20,000 bases of DNA, taken from IMG/VR virus record IMGVR_UViG_3300047440_000469, one strand, 5' to 3'. This document shows positions 17,515 through 20,000 of the stretch, in pieces (position 1 is the first letter of the stretch; every line of letters begins with the position of its first letter). The notes below the pieces were generated by a model. It ran no database searches, was not told the DNA's origin, and was given only the letters and a program-made list of their open reading frames with translations. Source of the DNA: an uncultured virus (IMG/VR IMGVR_UViG_3300047440_000469). Lineage: Duplodnaviria > Heunggongvirae > Uroviricota > Caudoviricetes. Both the position numbers and the translations under genes were made by a program.

Positions 17515-17686
17515 CGGCGGTAAGGTCGCGGACATCGGCGTACATGACGCATCCGGGATGGGCGGCGGCGAAGATGGAGCGGCGCCACGGATCGATTTCG
17601 CAAGCGGCAACGGTGCGGTAGCCGGCCCGTTCGAGGCCCTTGCTCCATCCGCCGACGGCACCACAAAAAAGGTCAAGGGCACGCAC
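17513..17686 (-). pseudogene. N-terminal remnant of a C5-cytosine DNA methyltransferase
   Basis: AAGGAGG + GTG; (M)RALDLFCGAVGGWSKGLERAGYRTVAACEIDPW...YADVRDLTAE covers motifs I-III; the catalytic PCQ motif is absent. Confidence 0.85.
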
Positions 17687-17734
17687 GATCCCTCCTTGAC
17701 GCCATAGGACCATTGGCCCTAGTGATCTTTTTTT

Positions 17735-17845
17735 TTAGAACTGCACCTCATCGTTCATTTCCTCGCGCATGCTTGGCTTTGCCGAACCGTAATCGTCCGC
17801 GTTCTCGGCCGGCGGTGCGCCGCCCTCGCGCTTGTCGGTGAGCAC
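17735..17845 (-). pseudogene. ssb: C-terminal remnant of a single-stranded DNA-binding protein
   Basis: Hand translation VLTDKREGGAPPAENADDYGSAKPSMREEMNDEVQF*: linker plus an acidic tip ending in Phe (cf. DDEIPF); the OB fold is missing. Confidence 0.65.
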
Positions 17846-17850
17846 CCGCC

Positions 17851-18309
17851 TCAGTACGGCATGAACTGCGCGAGCTTGCGGTCAATCGCCGGCACGAGCG
17901 AGGTCTCGACCTCGCGCTTGAAGATCTCGGGGATGGGCTCGCGTTCCATTTCGCGCGCGACGCTTGGCCCATATAGCTTTTCAATATCGTTTCGCCCTTT
18001 GCCGACGCGCTTAAAGACGTTGTTGCCGAACGCCTTGATGATGAAGGTGTGCGGAAACAGCTGCATGCGGTTCCAAGGCTTTGCCATGACGCCGAGCGGC
18101 TGCACAGAACGCGGCTTGAAATGCGACAGCGACCAGTAAGGCCCCTTGCCCGTGATCGAGCCCGGTCTGGTCGACGAGCTGGCGCTTGATCTTCGTTGCG
18201 ACCTTGGCGCCGGCCTGGTTGAGCGCCAAGCGCATGATTTCGTTCGCGCGGCCGGCGCCCAGCAATTGCGTGGCCCGCGCCAGACCCAGGTGACTTGCAT
18301 TTGCGCCAT
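17851..18309 (-). pseudogene. Frameshifted, internally deleted gpZ-like (minor tail Z-like) gene
   Basis: MAQMQVTW in frame A, then LARATQLLGAGRANEIMRLALNQAGAKVATKIKRQLVDQTGL in frame B, then SITGKGPYWSLSHFKPR...GVMAKPWNR...NVFKRVGKGRNDIEKLYGPSVAREM back in frame A; switches near 18285 and 18160. Confidence 0.65.
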
Positions 18310-18427
18310 CACCAGTGCGACGCCGCCCGCCTGAAGGGGAACCACAGGCAGGCGGGTGCTCGCCGCAATGAAGACTTTTAGGGTGGATGTGAGAGGAGCC
18401 TGGAAAACGCACCTCTGCAACGGTGAC

Positions 18428-18458
18428 GATTTAGGACAGATTACTGCGCCGTTGTCAA
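18428..18458 (-). promoter_or_regulatory. Candidate late promoter
   Basis: Perfect TTGACA (18458-18453), 19-nt spacer, TAAATC; intergenic, downstream of the putative late regulator and pointing into the late genes. Confidence 0.45.
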
Positions 18459-18531
18459 ATAGGGGGTTGTGCGGGGTTGTCCCGCCGCCGGCTGTTTCCG
18501 CAGTGCGGACGGCGGGACGTCGAGGCGCCGT

Positions 18532-18933
18532 TTAAGGGGTTTGGGTCTCCTTCTGAGCATCTGGCGCGGCCCGATCGAGGCCGCCTTGATCGGTGGAATC
18601 CGCCACCACGGTTTCCGGCGCTGATGCCGAAACTGGCATAATGACGGCTATCAGCTTGTCCCATGTACTAAGCCGATGGCCGCGTCGCGTAACCTCGAAC
18701 GGCCACTGCTCGATAAGGCCACGGTCGATCGCGCGGGCAAGCATTCCCGCAGGCCATTGGCTGAACGCCTCGGCTGCGTTTTCAATTTCAGCACGATTGC
18801 AGACATCGACAAGCACTTTGGTGAGCGCGAGCTGCTCTCGGCTTGCGCAAGGATCACGCAAGGTCCGCCCCAGCGCATCGGAAATGACGGCAAGTTTCTT
18901 GAGCGCCAGCAGTTCAAGCGGCTCGATCGTCAT
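18532..18933 (-). CDS. Hypothetical protein
   Basis: 133 aa; ATGA coupling to the upstream stop; no recognised motif. Confidence 0.6.
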   Translation of the reverse strand: MTIEPLELLALKKLAVISDALGRTLRDPCASREQLALTKVLVDVCNRAEIENAAEAFSQWPAGMLARAIDRGLIEQWPFEVTRRGHRLSTWDKLIAVIMPVSASAPETVVADSTDQGGLDRAAPDAQKETQTP

Positions 18934-19577
18934 CGCACGTAGGCCCCTTTGACGGCGAAGCCGAGCACCACCGCGAGGTGGCGCAGGCAGCGGCGGAACA
19001 GCGAGCCATGGTAACGCACCGACTGCTTGTCGCCCTCGCCGCGGCTGATCGCGGCGGCTTCGATGGTCATGCCCTCACCGAGCACGTCGCGGATGAGGCT
19101 GAGGCCCTCCTCGCCGACGCGGACGCGGATGTACTCTTCGGCACGAAACAGCGCGAGCCCTGCCTGCACGCGGCCGTCGATGGGCGGCCCGTCCGATATC
19201 AGGCCGGAGATCGGCGGCATGGTGAAATCGCCCGACCGGATGCCGCCTTTGCGCACCAGCTCGAACAGCTGCTCGTAGGCGAGCGCAGCGAGGTAGCAGG
19301 CGCGGTCGATCTGGCGGCGGGCAAACATCTTGGTGGCGACGGCGCGCATGTTGGCGACCACGAGGATCCGCGCCCGCGACGGCGCCTGCCATTCACAAGG
19401 CCCGCCCGCCGTCCGCGCACCCCTGGGCGCGGCGACGCGTTCCGCCACGGCTCCGGCCGGCACCCCGTAGGGATCGTCGATCTCGATCACGGCGATGCGT
19501 GCGTCGTGCGGCACCAGCGGGTGCCCATTGCCGAGGATGCGGCTGATCTTGCGGCGGGTTGAGGCGGCGCTGGGCAT
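18930..19577 (-). CDS. DUF6456-like putative late transcriptional regulator (Q position)
   Basis: 215 aa; EIDDPY, MFARRQIDRACYLAA, LIRDVLGEGMTIEAAA, FRRCLRHLAVVLGFA; between replication and late genes. Confidence 0.7.
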   Translation of the reverse strand: MPSAASTRRKISRILGNGHPLVPHDARIAVIEIDDPYGVPAGAVAERVAAPRGARTAGGPCEWQAPSRARILVVANMRAVATKMFARRQIDRACYLAALAYEQLFELVRKGGIRSGDFTMPPISGLISDGPPIDGRVQAGLALFRAEEYIRVRVGEEGLSLIRDVLGEGMTIEAAAISRGEGDKQSVRYHGSLFRRCLRHLAVVLGFAVKGAYVR

Positions 19578-19606
19578 TTGATTGTTTCCTAAATCGAGAG
19601 GCTACC

Positions 19607-19774
19607 TGCGCCAGTCTGCGCCAGTCCAGATGCGGACTGGCGCAGCTGACTGTGCTTGCGCCAGTCGTTGTTTGCCCCCTCCTCCTTCGGAGGGGGCAAC
19701 GACTGGCGCAGTCAGTTGCGCAGGCCGCATCCTGCACCCTGACTGCGCCAACTTGCGCCAGTCGTGCGCCAGTC
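19607..19774. repeat. Iteron-like array, probable replication origin
   Basis: TGCGCCAGTC forward at 19607, 19617, 19657, 19754 and 19765; inverted at 19635 and 19701; a variant at 19744; central long inverted repeat 19657-19710. Confidence 0.85.
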
Positions 19775-19777
19775 GCG

Positions 19778-20000
19778 TCAGATGTCCTGTTCCTCCTCGG
19801 CCTCCTCCTCCTCGAGGCCAACCGGTGACGCGGTACCGCTTGGCGCCGAGCCGGAGCACACGTAAAACAGACGCTGCTTGCGCAATTTCCCGTCATAGCG
19901 TTGCTCCTTTTTGAATACGTTGTTCTTAATCCACGTGCCGATGATTGTATTCATGCGGATTGCGGATCCGCGTTGGCTGATCTTGCGGCGGGTTGAGGCG
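19778..20000 (-). CDS. 3' end of a probable phage replication (RepA-like primase/helicase) gene, partial
   Basis: Hand translation ...IRMNTIIGTWIKNNVFKKEQRYDGKLRKQRLFYVCSGSAPSGTASPVGLEEEEAEEEQDI*; ends 3 nt before the iteron array. The family call rests on a short motif and on position. Confidence 0.5.
   Translation of the reverse strand, partial: ASTRRKISQRGSAIRMNTIIGTWIKNNVFKKEQRYDGKLRKQRLFYVCSGSAPSGTASPVGLEEEEAEEEQDI

Larger units (their letters stand above)
1..20000 (-). mobile_element. Temperate phage/prophage segment (lambda-like head, Mu-like contractile tail), both ends outside the window
   Basis: Co-oriented, tightly coupled terminase, portal, capsid, neck and sheath genes plus phage-type replication, regulator and methylase genes; no host housekeeping gene seen. 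Confidence 0.97.
19541..20000. repeat. Exact direct repeat of at least 26 bp, GGCTGATCTTGCGGCGGGTTGAGGCG (19541-19566 and 19975-20000)
   Basis: Read directly from the sequence; the second copy is cut by the window edge. Confidence 0.9.

Noticed and set aside
16547..17713. 388-aa ORF as a genuine bifunctional C5 + N6 methylase
   Set aside because: The C5 part lacks the catalytic motif, the linker reads like an off-frame sequence, and the N4/N6 enzyme has its own RBS and coupled start at 17389.
17840..18361. 12-bp inverted repeat GAGCACCCGCCT / AGGCGGGTGCTC flanking the gpZ-like remnant
   Set aside because: Short and GC-rich; no recombinase or transposase; the enclosed gene keeps the operon orientation.
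19607..19774. Repeat array as a CRISPR
   Set aside because: Units are 10 bp, in mixed orientation and irregularly spaced; no cas genes.
19393..19914. ORFs spanning the iteron region (19393-19896, 19602-19859, 19559-19828, 19582-19914)
   Set aside because: Repeat-derived low-complexity translations; the credible upstream gene stops at 19778.

Overview
The whole window is part of a temperate tailed phage or prophage, GC-rich and probably from an alphaproteobacterial (Rhizobiales-like) host; host assignment is inference. Almost all genes are on the minus strand. From right to left: (1) the 3' end of a probable replication gene; (2) an iteron-like origin with 7 copies of TGCGCCAGTC; (3) a DUF6456-like putative late regulator and a candidate late promoter; (4) a 2.4 kb stretch of collapsed gene remnants (gpZ-like, SSB tail, C5-methylase N-terminus, beta-barrel C-terminus) around an intact N4/N6 DNA methyltransferase; (5) a candidate cos site; (6) three plus-strand accessory genes; (7) an intact lambda-type head module (TerS, TerL, gpW, portal, protease-scaffold-capsid fusion, DUF2190, head-tail and tail-completion proteins); (8) a Mu-type contractile tail sheath. 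Directly after the sheath, where the tail tube gene normally sits, is a translationally coupled glycan-modification cassette: a 717-aa GT9-like + GT-A + SAM methyltransferase fusion, an FkbM-type methyltransferase, and a third methyltransferase running off the left edge that the ORF track missed. This cassette is the best candidate for an undescribed system: phage-encoded synthesis of an O-methylated glycan, plausibly on the virion. All family calls are by motif recognition; no database search was run.
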